Shown here one piece after another: positions 45,617-54,353 of a stretch of 64,000 nt of DNA. The notes below the pieces were generated by a model. That model did no database searches, was not told the origin of the DNA, and saw nothing but the letters and a program-made list of their open reading frames with translations. A program made the translations under genes and the position numbers. Positions within the stretch are counted from its first letter, which is position 1. Each line of letters starts with the position of its first letter. Origin of the DNA: a virus; IMG/VR virus record IMGVR_UViG_3300032722_000006, positions 64,001-128,000 of that record. One strand, written 5' to 3'.

Positions 45617-45686
45617 AGCCCAAGGTTGGAGTTGAACCAGCGACCTCCCAGTGGATACCGGGCGCTCTGCACTGAGCTACGTGGGC
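45617..45686 (-). ncRNA. tRNA-like gene with 6-nt anticodon loop
   Basis: Cloverleaf intact, CCCGG-TATCCA-CTGGG. Confidence 0.6.
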
Positions 45687-45688
45687 AG

Positions 45689-45762
45689 TTGCAAAGGAAG
45701 GGCTTTAACCTCCGACCTCCGGGCCATTACGCCCGGCGCTCTCTCTCCTGAGCTACTTCGCA
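45689..45762 (-). ncRNA. tRNA-like gene with 8-nt anticodon loop
   Basis: CCGGG-CGTAATGG-CCCGG, T loop TTAAAGC. Confidence 0.6.
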
Positions 45763-45763
45763 G

Positions 45764-45836
45764 TGGGAAGGGAACGGATTGAACGTCCGACCTGCGGGCT
45801 AAATGCCCGCTGCTCTTTCTCCTGAGCTACCTCCCC
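45764..45836 (-). ncRNA. tRNA-like gene, UUU with A33
   Basis: GCGGG-CATTTAG-CCCGC. Confidence 0.6.
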
Positions 45837-45914
45837 ATAATCATCGATGATTTCACCTCCGCCGGCAGCTTCAAAGGCTGACAGTGTCGCTTGCGCTGGT
45901 TACTTGATCGACTG

Positions 45915-45989
45915 TGCCTCCGGTGGGATTCGAACCCGCAACTTTCGGTGTAAGAGACCGCTACTCTAATCCAGTTGAGTTACGAAGGC
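45915..45989 (-). tRNA. tRNA-Lys(CUU)
   Basis: Loop CT-CTT-AC. Confidence 0.85.
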
Positions 45990-46123
45990 ATTGCGAGCGT
46001 TTTTGTCGTGGGGCGCTCGCCCACGGGTGAATTCCGCTGTGAGTTTGTTGGGTTCACCATTCCCGGTGCTCACATGCTAATGACGCTGGATGGGCCCGCG
46101 ATTGCAGACACTACCAACGTCGG

Positions 46124-46196
46124 CTGCTCATATGGGAATCGAACCCATCGTCTTCCGCTTAACAGGCGGCCGCTGCACCAAGCCAGCTAATGAGCA
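46124..46196 (-). tRNA. tRNA-Asn(GUU)
   Basis: Loop CT-GTT-AA, G73. Confidence 0.88.
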
Positions 46197-46273
46197 ATGA
46201 AAGTTTTTGGCGGGACCTCAGATCAAACGCTCAGATGAATACCACCCATGTTGCGATTCATCCTCAGTCCCTG

Positions 46274-46346
46274 CTGGCACAGTAGGTTTCGAACCTACAT
46301 CCTCTCGGTTAACAGCCGAGCGCACTGCCAATTGTGCTACATGCCA
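46274..46346 (-). tRNA. tRNA-Asn(GUU), second copy
   Basis: Loop CT-GTT-AA, G73. Confidence 0.9.
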
Positions 46347-46373
46347 ATGAGCCGATACGCTTTCTTGTATCGG

Positions 46374-46445
46374 TGCCCCCGGGGATGGGTTCGGGCCATC
46401 GTCTCCGCCACAAAGAGGCGGGCTCTGCACTGAGCTACCCAGGGA
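46374..46445 (-). ncRNA. aberrant tRNA-like gene (UUU, C33)
   Basis: CCGCC-TCTTTGT-GGCGG, T loop CCCGAAC. Confidence 0.55.
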
Positions 46446-46449
46446 TATC

Positions 46450-46489
46450 GGAACGCAAGTTGTCAATGAACGTGAAGGACTATGCCTTC
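46450..46489 (-). promoter_or_regulatory. hairpin + boxA-like element (copy 2)
   Basis: 23-bp identity with 26327..26349. Confidence 0.5.
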
Positions 46490-46493
46490 GCGG

Positions 46494-46574
46494 TGCAGGG
46501 GGCCGGATTCGAACCGACACAGTACTAAACGGGTGGTTTACAGCCACTTGAGCTCGCCGATGCTCAGCCCCTAC
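46494..46574 (-). tRNA. tRNA-Tyr(GUA)
   Basis: Loop CT-GTA-AA, V arm. Confidence 0.88.
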
Positions 46575-46589
46575 ATGTGTGTTTAAACG

Positions 46590-46621
46590 AAAAAACCGAG
46601 AGAAGATCCTTTCTTCCTCGG
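46590..46621 (-). terminator. intrinsic terminator (attenuator) upstream of the tRNA array
   Basis: CCGAGGAAGA-AAGGA-TCTTCTCTCGG-TTTTTT. Confidence 0.75.
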
Positions 46622-46685
46622 CGTCGAATTGGCTTCTATTCCCAACTCATTCGCTCCGGAAGCTCGGAGCGAGAGTGCGCTCCGT

Positions 46686-46757
46686 TCACGTATCCGTATT
46701 TGCGGCGGCATACTGCCACTGCTTTTGCTGATCCTTGTTATATGTTGAAGTTTTCAT
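46686..46757 (-). CDS. putative leader peptide MKTSTYNKDQQKQWQYAAANTDT
   Basis: 23-codon ORF followed by alternative hairpins and a terminator. Confidence 0.6.
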   Translation of the reverse strand: MKTSTYNKDQQKQWQYAAANTDT

Positions 46758-46831
46758 GACCGTGTGGTGCGTGTTGCTTACTAGTACTCTATCCAAGACC
46801 TGTGCTTTGTTTCACAGTTTTTTCAATTTTG

Positions 46832-46905
46832 TCGGTACGAGTGGAATTGAACCACCGACCTCCTGCTTATCAGGCAGGCGCTCTAGACCCCTGAGCTACG
46901 TACCG
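46832..46905 (-). tRNA. tRNA-Ile(GAU)
   Basis: Loop CT-GAT-AA. Confidence 0.92.
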
Positions 46906-47013
46906 CTGCACTAACAAGAGTAACTATACTGCTGTAGCCCACTCACGTACACTTTTGTTTTGCACTGTGACGTTGGTGGTTCGCGTGTATGTTACATAGT
47001 GATCAGACAACCG

Positions 47014-48288
47014 ATGAATGCGCCCGCGATCCACGTGCACACCGTGTCAGACCGTTCGACCGTCAAGTACGTACAGTTCATGTGGGATACGATGCGTAAC
47101 CTGGCGACTCGCCCTGACGATCTTAGGTTGACTGTGCATTGCCTAGGAAACATCGTCAACGCGTTCGGTGAACTGAAGAACGGACGCTGCGTCATCGTCA
47201 ACATCAACAAGGACAATGAAACAGGATCGAACGCGCATGCCGCCGGCGTTGCTGACGCGATCAGGCAAACAAACGACGGCGCGATTCACATCATAGCCGA
47301 CTCTGACACCGTCGTTGTCGTGAAAGGTTGGGACGACTACGTCAGGTGTAAGCTCATCGATGAAAAGATCGGGATTGTCGGCGTGACGTATGAGGACGTC
47401 GGCGGCTTCAGCTCGGGCGACAAGAGAACGCAAACGTACAAAGGCATACCGAACGTCGTCTGGTGCGCACTATCGCCTAGGCACAGTTGGTCAGGATTGT
47501 CCGTGATGCCTGCGAAGCACAAGACTTTCCAGATCAGCAATGATCGTATGTCAAAGATCTACAACCTACCAATCGGGTACGACCTGTTGCGCGATGTTGC
47601 ATGGCAGATCCCGCAGTACCTTGCCGACAACAACATCACGTACGTCGGCTGGAAACACCTGAAGGGATCACGCGGTGGGAAGGTCCTTGCGAAGGACATC
47701 AGCGATTACAGTGAAGAATTTCATGTCGATGATGGAATCCCGTTCGTCGTCCACCAGCGCGGAAGCCTCAGGAACGGCTACCGTGACAATGGAGTCTCCA
47801 AGAACTTTTACGATCGCGTGGATGCGCACCTGAACGTTGAAAGTGCTGCGCCACCGAGATGGACGTGGAATGGAATGTACGAGGTCGTCACGCCATCGCC
47901 TGCGATTGTGTCGGTCGATCCGATCATACCTGACGATCCCACTGCGTCGTCGGGGGACGGTGGCAATTGCCCAGCGGGCGAATGGATCAAGGCAACATTT
48001 GATGGGACTATCGTGTGGCCCAAGCAAAGGACGCCGGCCCCTAAGACGCTTGACGTCAAGTTCTTACCCGATCATGGGATCAAGAGCCTGAGGCTCGAAG
48101 GGACGACGAAAGATCTGTTCGTTGCAGTCCCTCCGCTGAACGGGTACGCTCACGCGATGACGATCAGGAACATGACAGCGGGCGTCGTGACTGTCAAAAC
48201 GTCAGAAGGCGATCGCACCGTCGCAGTGCCCAAGGACGCGTGTTGGATGTTGCTCGTTGATATTGACGGCGTCGTGCACGTTACGTAG
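47014..48288 (+). CDS. glycosyltransferase-like (GT-A) protein with C-terminal beta domain
   Basis: GS.AHA, IIADSDTVV..GWD, RDVAW. Confidence 0.6.
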   Translation: MNAPAIHVHTVSDRSTVKYVQFMWDTMRNLATRPDDLRLTVHCLGNIVNAFGELKNGRCVIVNINKDNETGSNAHAAGVADAIRQTNDGAIHIIADSDTVVVVKGWDDYVRCKLIDEKIGIVGVTYEDVGGFSSGDKRTQTYKGIPNVVWCALSPRHSWSGLSVMPAKHKTFQISNDRMSKIYNLPIGYDLLRDVAWQIPQYLADNNITYVGWKHLKGSRGGKVLAKDISDYSEEFHVDDGIPFVVHQRGSLRNGYRDNGVSKNFYDRVDAHLNVESAAPPRWTWNGMYEVVTPSPAIVSVDPIIPDDPTASSGDGGNCPAGEWIKATFDGTIVWPKQRTPAPKTLDVKFLPDHGIKSLRLEGTTKDLFVAVPPLNGYAHAMTIRNMTAGVVTVKTSEGDRTVAVPKDACWMLLVDIDGVVHVT

Positions 48289-48667
48289 ACCTCGGACATC
48301 TCCGCATGACGATGAACGCTCCGATCGCAGCGATGAGTATGAGCGCCTGCTCGACGTACGTCACCTGCCTGTTCGATGGGATGAACCCGAAGACGTAACG
48401 AGCGAACTTGACTGTAAACCACTCGTTGTCCCACGTCCCACCGGCCCACCTCGCCATGCGTGTCAGGATGCACTCTCCCAGGATGTAGTGTGACACGCGG
48501 TTGACGACGATGAACGACACGACGTAGATCGCAGACCATGTCGAGAGAACGCGCCACCTGTGCCAGAACATGAACGGGAAGGACGCGACCCATGCGACCA
48601 TCAGCAACGCGTGGATGAACTCAATGATCGTCGTCATCATCGAGTACAATGTGAAACAGGTCGACAT
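48281..48667 (-). CDS. membrane protein (DUF2784-like)
   Basis: IH.L...GECILT..., multiple TM segments. Confidence 0.55.
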   Translation of the reverse strand: MSTCFTLYSMMTTIIEFIHALLMVAWVASFPFMFWHRWRVLSTWSAIYVVSFIVVNRVSHYILGECILTRMARWAGGTWDNEWFTVKFARYVFGFIPSNRQVTYVEQALILIAAIGAFIVMRRCPRST

Positions 48668-48935
48668 GTTGATGCGTGCCGAACGTAGTAGTGGCGTCCT
48701 TCGCAGTCCACATCACGTGTACGGTTGATTTCTTCACGTCTGTACCCGGCATGAACATCTCGAACCTCTCTTCCACGCCTATGACGATGCCGATGCGTCC
48801 ACTTCTACGAACGGAGAAGTTCCTCAATTCAACGAGGTCACCAGGCGCAAAGTTCTCGTCCCATTCCTTGCTGATGCGTATGATCTGCTTTTGCGTGAGA
48901 ACAGGCTCGACGGTTGATCCGGACTTGAACATCAT
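48621..48935 (-). CDS. hypothetical SH3/KOW-like protein
   Basis: F.PGDLVEL...GIVI...VHVMW. Confidence 0.55.
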   Translation of the reverse strand: MMFKSGSTVEPVLTQKQIIRISKEWDENFAPGDLVELRNFSVRRSGRIGIVIGVEERFEMFMPGTDVKKSTVHVMWTAKDATTTFGTHQHVDLFHIVLDDDDDH

Positions 48936-49267
48936 TTCCCGACGCTACGCAGGGCCCTTGCGATCGCTCTGCACTCCGCCATCTTTGAGTACCACATATC
49001 ATCGAGCTTCTTCGTCAGTAGATGAAAGATTGATTCATCAGCGTTATCACCCCAAGCACACCAGTACCCTTCAAGAGAGCCGCAATTAACGAGGTAGGAT
49101 ACCCCACGAGCATTTTTGCAGCACTCTCCTCGGTCAGGGTGTGCCTCGCAGGAGCCTTCTACCTTACAACTGGAAACAAGCGTGTCATTCCTCGACCAGG
49201 CGCAGTCGATCTCCGTGAGCAACGTCGCGATCCTGTCAACGTAGTTCGCAGGAGGCAGTTCGTTCAT
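48932..49267 (-). CDS. hypothetical protein
   Basis: Leaderless promoter. Confidence 0.55.
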   Translation of the reverse strand: MNELPPANYVDRIATLLTEIDCAWSRNDTLVSSCKVEGSCEAHPDRGECCKNARGVSYLVNCGSLEGYWCAWGDNADESIFHLLTKKLDDMWYSKMAECRAIARALRSVGK

Positions 49268-49282
49268 GGTCGTACAGTACCA

Positions 49283-49684
49283 TCAGCGTGCCTGGACTTG
49301 CACCTCTCGCCAACGTGTCGACCGCTTCTCCTGAAGTGCACGTATCACTTCGTCCGCGCGACCGCCCTTCCCAGCGTGACGATCATGGCGGATGCCCTTT
49401 TCATTGTTGCACCTGCTGCAAGCCAGCGCAAGATTGTGAGGATCGGTGGGATCACCTCCGTCGCATAACGGTGCGATGTGCTCGATCGTTGACTCTGTTG
49501 AACCTTGCATCGTCACGTAGAGATGTGTCTCACAGTGGATACAGCGTCCCATCCAACCAATCTGACTTCTTAGAGACAGACGATGTGCAAACTCTTCTTG
49601 CGTCGGACGTCCGACGACGGGAGAGAATGTGTTGTCAGTGGCGACGATCGACAGGACTACCTCAGCTCTCTTGTTTTTGTTCAT
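49283..49684 (-). CDS. HNH endonuclease
   Basis: CIHC...TIEHI.P...GG...NLALACSRCNNEKG. Confidence 0.8.
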   Translation of the reverse strand: MNKNKRAEVVLSIVATDNTFSPVVGRPTQEEFAHRLSLRSQIGWMGRCIHCETHLYVTMQGSTESTIEHIAPLCDGGDPTDPHNLALACSRCNNEKGIRHDRHAGKGGRADEVIRALQEKRSTRWREVQVQAR

Positions 49685-50321
49685 ACTTAATTTCACCGTT
49701 GATAACAACACGCTTACAACCTTTATTACCGGGAGAACGACCCTTACTAGCGAGCGATATCTTTGACCGTGTGACATCACTCATTCGTTTTCCCCTGTGA
49801 GAAAGGGACATTTTCATCTTTGTTTCATCTGATAATGGGTGTGCATCAAATGTAGCCTTGACCGCAGCTGACAATTTTGCTTTGTGTGTATCAGATTTTG
49901 CCTTTCCTTTGAAAGAGGCAGACATTCTTGCACGAGTTTCTATTGATAGATGACATCCTGCAGTGCCTTCGCCACCATGAGTGAAGTTACACCCGATGTC
50001 GTTGTCATCATCATGTGAATGGTTCGTCGAAAACGTCTTCATCAACGTGATATTCTCAATCTCCCAAGTACATGCCGCTACGTCAGCAGGACATCTTTCG
50101 CCAGAAAGATGTTTATGTTCATTGCACATAAATGATATGCATTCCTCAACACGAAGTCCAAGTCGTTTGACGATTGCATGCCACTTGTGATTACGTTTAT
50201 GTAAACTTCTAGAACGACCTTCAAGTCCCTTACCCACATTGAAGCAGCGAGAAGGTTCTTCAAGAGACCAATGTTTGTAACCATAGAACGTCTTTGCGCT
50301 AGCGCGTTCACTCATAATCAA
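49662..50321 (-). CDS. GIY-YIG-like homing endonuclease with NUMOD3 repeats
   Basis: Y.Y.H...F.VGKG...R, N.T.GGEG, repeated S.ET..K(M/I)S...G, lower GC. Confidence 0.8.
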   Translation of the reverse strand: MIMSERASAKTFYGYKHWSLEEPSRCFNVGKGLEGRSRSLHKRNHKWHAIVKRLGLRVEECISFMCNEHKHLSGERCPADVAACTWEIENITLMKTFSTNHSHDDDNDIGCNFTHGGEGTAGCHLSIETRARMSASFKGKAKSDTHKAKLSAAVKATFDAHPLSDETKMKMSLSHRGKRMSDVTRSKISLASKGRSPGNKGCKRVVINGEIKYEQKQES

Positions 50322-50333
50322 TTCTACAGTTCG

Positions 50334-51218
50334 TTACAAGGATTGTTCACTTGCATCATCAGAGTTTTCTTCTCCCTCTTCTCCTTCGACGCCCTCGCCT
50401 TCTTCGCCTTCTTCCCCATCGCCCGATCCTACATCACTTGCCGGCGCCTTTGCACTTGGCCCCAACATCGTTGATGTATCGCCTCCACCAGAGAGTTGCC
50501 AAATTTCGGGCGCTCTGCGAGATGCATTTCCTTCCTCACCGTTTACCGCAGGATGCGACGTTGAATCCCTGCGATCGGGTGGGTGAAAGCCCAAGCGTGA
50601 CGCAGGATCCTCAGTGCGGAACGGATCGCCTGCCGTCCCCTTCTGTTGCCCGGGCGACTTGTACCACGTAGCGGACAAGTCGTCAGTGCCCGTGTGATCC
50701 TTGACAGGGTCATAATTCGTGTAGAAACCCTTCGGGTCCTTCGTGGGATCCACCATGCCCGCTCCGGCAGGGTATTCCTGAAGCATGTATCGTTTGATCT
50801 CACGGTTGAGCATCGTTGCTTCCTGGACGTCCTTCATCACCTCGTTGTCAGGCGGGTCGCCCAGAGACAATTTTTCATCGTCACCACGCAAGTGGGCGGA
50901 GATCCTGAAGTCATCGCTGTCTGGGTCATTGCGATCCTTCTCTCCATTGCCGAGGTTATCGCCTATGTTGAAGCCGTCAGTCTCACCGAGAGGTTCTCCC
51001 AACCTGGACGCTTCGTCGTCATCGAGGGGCTCTCCCTCGGTCGGATTCCACCTACCGGGAACCCATGCCTCTTCATCGATCGCAGCACTGTCCGGTAACT
51101 CTGATGGAAGATGACCCGGAGTCTGTGCATCATCGTCGCTGCGCGCTGAACTGCTGTTTGCACGAGCAACAAGTTCCTCATTGATGAGCCTGCGTAGGTC
51201 GCCTAGTCTGATCTTCAC
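50334..51218 (-). CDS. acidic protein with MKIRLGDLRRLINEE leader
   Basis: Shared leader, ATAGTTA upstream. Confidence 0.7.
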   Translation of the reverse strand: MKIRLGDLRRLINEELVARANSSSARSDDDAQTPGHLPSELPDSAAIDEEAWVPGRWNPTEGEPLDDDEASRLGEPLGETDGFNIGDNLGNGEKDRNDPDSDDFRISAHLRGDDEKLSLGDPPDNEVMKDVQEATMLNREIKRYMLQEYPAGAGMVDPTKDPKGFYTNYDPVKDHTGTDDLSATWYKSPGQQKGTAGDPFRTEDPASRLGFHPPDRRDSTSHPAVNGEEGNASRRAPEIWQLSGGGDTSTMLGPSAKAPASDVGSGDGEEGEEGEGVEGEEGEENSDDASEQSL

Positions 51219-51230
51219 GTGAGTAACTAT

Positions 51231-52535
51231 TCACTTCCTTGGATCTGCGTTGAACACGTCGATGATGCGCATCGCAACCTTGTCCCACGTGTTCTCTGAA
51301 ATGTACTCGAGTTGACGGTCAACCTGAACTTTGCGCGCACATGGATTCGAGAACATGCAGTCAAGATTGTTCGCAATTTCCTCAGGCGTGTCAGCCTTGA
51401 TCGTTGGAACATCAGAGAAGTGATTTGCGCTCGAAGTGATGACTGGTAACGCCTTCGACATCGCGTAACGTGCAGCACCGGACGCACCGAACACCTCGTG
51501 TTCATGGTGAGTGACGTATGGAAACACGATCGCCTGGTTCGTTCTCATGTATGAGTCAAGCGCAGTGTCAGACTGATAGCCGCGAATGATCGCCACGTTG
51601 TTTGACATGTCGAGCTCGTTGACCAACCTCATAAGCTCATCGTAGTACACCTGGTGATCGACAGCATTGAACGGTGACTCGCTGAATAGGGCCGTGAAGA
51701 AGACATCACTGTATTTTTCGTGCAGCACATGTGCGGCTCGAATCGCCGTCTCCCAACCCTTGTACCTGAAACCGAACCCTGCTTGCATGAACGTGTGCTC
51801 GCTCTTGTAGAAGTTCCACAGGCGCTCAGTTTCAGTGACTGGCATGCAACCGTGCGGGATGACGTGGATCGGCGCTGTGATCCCTTTTTCATCCTGCAAC
51901 ACCTTCCTCGCGCCGTCGAGGTGAACTATGATCTCAGGCATCGCTGCCTCGACAATCGTCTTGTCACGATGATGAAAGACTGAATGCATAGTCACGATGA
52001 CACGATAGTCGCTGAGCTGGCTCATGAACGACAACCATGCCGCAGCATTGCTCCACAGGCCAAATTCGTGTTGGATCCACACGATATCGGGGTCGTACGA
52101 CTTGATCTCGCCGATCAACTCTCCCAGAGGTTGTCCTCTGTTCCAGCACGACATGACCTTGTCGGGCGGCACGGCAAGGTTTCCTATGACGTTGATCGGG
52201 CCGGTCGGACAGTCATTTCTCTCGATGAACAGTTTGAAATCGCCGACGTGCTTAGCGACCTCGGGCCACAGGTTCTCACTGTACGTCGCGATGCCGCATC
52301 GCATCTTCCAATTGCCGACGAACGCTACTTTGAGTGTGGATGCTTTGCCGCCGTACCGTCGCTTCAATCTCCCGTTGACAACGCGAAAATCTGTGAAGAC
52401 GCTTGCCTTGGAAAACTCACAACCATCAGTCGGGACGTTCAGAACCTCAATTCCTGGGTCATCGCTGACAATCGGCGAGCTTGATACGACGTAGATGCTT
52501 CCGCTACGGATCCCTGCGTACAGATTCTTCGACAC
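51231..52535 (-). CDS. glycosyltransferase family 4 (GT-B)
   Basis: CGIATYS, IQHEFGL, VIPHG, GF...YKG, SGA...A...PVI. Confidence 0.85.
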   Translation of the reverse strand: MSKNLYAGIRSGSIYVVSSSPIVSDDPGIEVLNVPTDGCEFSKASVFTDFRVVNGRLKRRYGGKASTLKVAFVGNWKMRCGIATYSENLWPEVAKHVGDFKLFIERNDCPTGPINVIGNLAVPPDKVMSCWNRGQPLGELIGEIKSYDPDIVWIQHEFGLWSNAAAWLSFMSQLSDYRVIVTMHSVFHHRDKTIVEAAMPEIIVHLDGARKVLQDEKGITAPIHVIPHGCMPVTETERLWNFYKSEHTFMQAGFGFRYKGWETAIRAAHVLHEKYSDVFFTALFSESPFNAVDHQVYYDELMRLVNELDMSNNVAIIRGYQSDTALDSYMRTNQAIVFPYVTHHEHEVFGASGAARYAMSKALPVITSSANHFSDVPTIKADTPEEIANNLDCMFSNPCARKVQVDRQLEYISENTWDKVAMRIIDVFNADPRK

Positions 52536-53526
52536 GGGATCTCCTTTCCTGCGTGACGATCTGCGACATGGCGGAGGCAAGACCGTCGTACACCTCCCGA
52601 GAAACACGTGATGGTTCACACTTTGACTTCATCGCAGACTTGCACGCCGAGAACAACCCATCCTTCGTTAGGCCGTGATATGGAAGATTTTCGCCGCGGC
52701 GTGGCCATGCATACTTCAACTTATCATGATGATCGATTGAGATGCATGGGACTCCCGCCATCTCCGCAAGGATGATGCCGTGATAACGCTGCGTGATGAC
52801 GACCTTGTACCTGCTGACGAGATTCGTCAGGTGTTGACTGTCAACTGGCTGGTTTGCATGCAGGTCGAAGTATGTTGAGCGATTCTTCATCCTTGCAACG
52901 ATCTCCGTTGCCACCCAGGCATCGTTCACCGAGCTGTTCTGGCACATGATCAGGAACGCCGGACACTTCGTTAGACGTTCATCGATGACCTGGTCCATGA
53001 ACTGGGCACACTCGTCCTTAAAACGCTCGAATGCGACGTGTTTCCAGTGAGGCTCGTTCCACGTGGGTAACACCTCTACGTTTGGAATGAATAGAACATC
53101 GTGCTTATCATCGTCAACGTCGCCTTGAGGCAATGCATACACGAGGTCAGGCGCTCCGTATGTTTGCTTGGGAACCCAATCGGGCCACGGTGTGGGGGAA
53201 CGTGTGATGACTACCCTTGCGATCTGCATGAGCGATCGGTGATCAGCATGAACCTCTGTTTCGATCCCGACACCCACGTAGAAGCATGGCCGCATGTTCT
53301 TCTGCAACATGTCAAACGCATCCTTGTCAATGACGGGCTTGTCATACAGCATGCTGCCGCCGCCGAAGATGACGCCATCGCTCTGGATGAGCATCGTGCC
53401 GGTTATGTAGTCAACGAACTGCAGGTCGATGCCGTGAGGATTCAGCATCGACAGCAACGCTTGCGCCATCAATTCATCGCCGAGATTCCCGCGCCCGTAC
53501 CAGCCGTACACCAAGACCTTTGCCAT
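52504..53526 (-). CDS. polysaccharide pyruvyl transferase family protein
   Basis: GWYGRGNLGDE, FGGGS, GVG, PDL, RYHG.I.A...GVP. Confidence 0.85.
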   Translation of the reverse strand: MAKVLVYGWYGRGNLGDELMAQALLSMLNPHGIDLQFVDYITGTMLIQSDGVIFGGGSMLYDKPVIDKDAFDMLQKNMRPCFYVGVGIETEVHADHRSLMQIARVVITRSPTPWPDWVPKQTYGAPDLVYALPQGDVDDDKHDVLFIPNVEVLPTWNEPHWKHVAFERFKDECAQFMDQVIDERLTKCPAFLIMCQNSSVNDAWVATEIVARMKNRSTYFDLHANQPVDSQHLTNLVSRYKVVITQRYHGIILAEMAGVPCISIDHHDKLKYAWPRRGENLPYHGLTKDGLFSACKSAMKSKCEPSRVSREVYDGLASAMSQIVTQERRSRVEESVRRDP

Positions 53527-53549
53527 GCCTTGATTGTACACGATCTACG

Positions 53550-53873
53550 TCACTCTGGGATGTAGATCTTCCACAAGATAGTTCGCGCTGTGCTCACCGT
53601 CCAGATGATCTTGAGCCGTAGCTCCTCTTTTTGGGTAAACTTCGCAAGTCTGGGATTTTCACTGTGCACGGTGCGCAGGAACAGCTCCCAATCAAGATCG
53701 TCAGGCGAGTCGCTGCCACACGGCGGGGGACACGGTTCGTCAGGATCAAATTCCACGCTGATGAAGATCTCCGGAGACTCGAGCACTGAACGAGGCAACA
53801 CCTCATTAACGACTGCTGAACCTGATGACGTGACGAGCAGCTCTCCTTCGGCAAAGATGTTCTTGTGTTTCAT
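53550..53873 (-). CDS. hypothetical protein
   Basis: ATACTTA upstream. Confidence 0.6.
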   Translation of the reverse strand: MKHKNIFAEGELLVTSSGSAVVNEVLPRSVLESPEIFISVEFDPDEPCPPPCGSDSPDDLDWELFLRTVHSENPRLAKFTQKEELRLKIIWTVSTARTILWKIYIPE

Positions 53874-53894
53874 GTCAAACTCTCTTGGTAAGTA

Positions 53895-54353
53895 TCAAGG
53901 CAACACCCACTTCGCCTGAATAGAAATATTCTCCATCGGGAATTGAGGTTTGATCTCAACTTTCACTGTCATGACGCCGGGATCATCACCTGCTTTTGGA
54001 TCTGATAACACGACACCGTGTCCTTCACCGTCAGACGAGATGATCAACCCTTCGCACACCTCCTTGATAGTTCCCGTCCTTTCATCATCAACCTTGACGA
54101 TGAATAAATCACCGGGTAGTGCATCGACTGGGATGTCAGTCTCATACAATGCCTTATGTCCCTTGTTGTCGACGACGTCAACGTTGAAGTTCTTAATCGC
54201 GTCTTGACTTATCAAGTTCAACAATGATGCATAGATCATTGAATGAAGCTGCTGCACCGAAATGCCTTGTAACGCATTATTGACTACCTGACGGATATTG
54301 TCCTTGACGAGCTTCGTCAGACGCGCGCGATTAATTTCTGTTTCATAAGACAT
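53895..54353 (-). CDS. hypothetical protein (weak resemblance to a tail-sheath C-terminus)
   Basis: Ends VKVEIKP..PMENI.I. Confidence 0.5.
   Translation of the reverse strand: MSYETEINRARLTKLVKDNIRQVVNNALQGISVQQLHSMIYASLLNLISQDAIKNFNVDVVDNKGHKALYETDIPVDALPGDLFIVKVDDERTGTIKEVCEGLIISSDGEGHGVVLSDPKAGDDPGVMTVKVEIKPQFPMENISIQAKWVLP

Noticed and set aside
46060-46095. Fluoride riboswitch (GCTAATGAC on +)
   Set aside because: The 5' GGnGAUG..UUC element is missing, and the strand is opposite to the array.
44058-46122. Full-length or two-piece tmRNA
   Set aside because: No tag reading frame ending in AA* was found linked to the TLD-like RNA or the pseudoknot.
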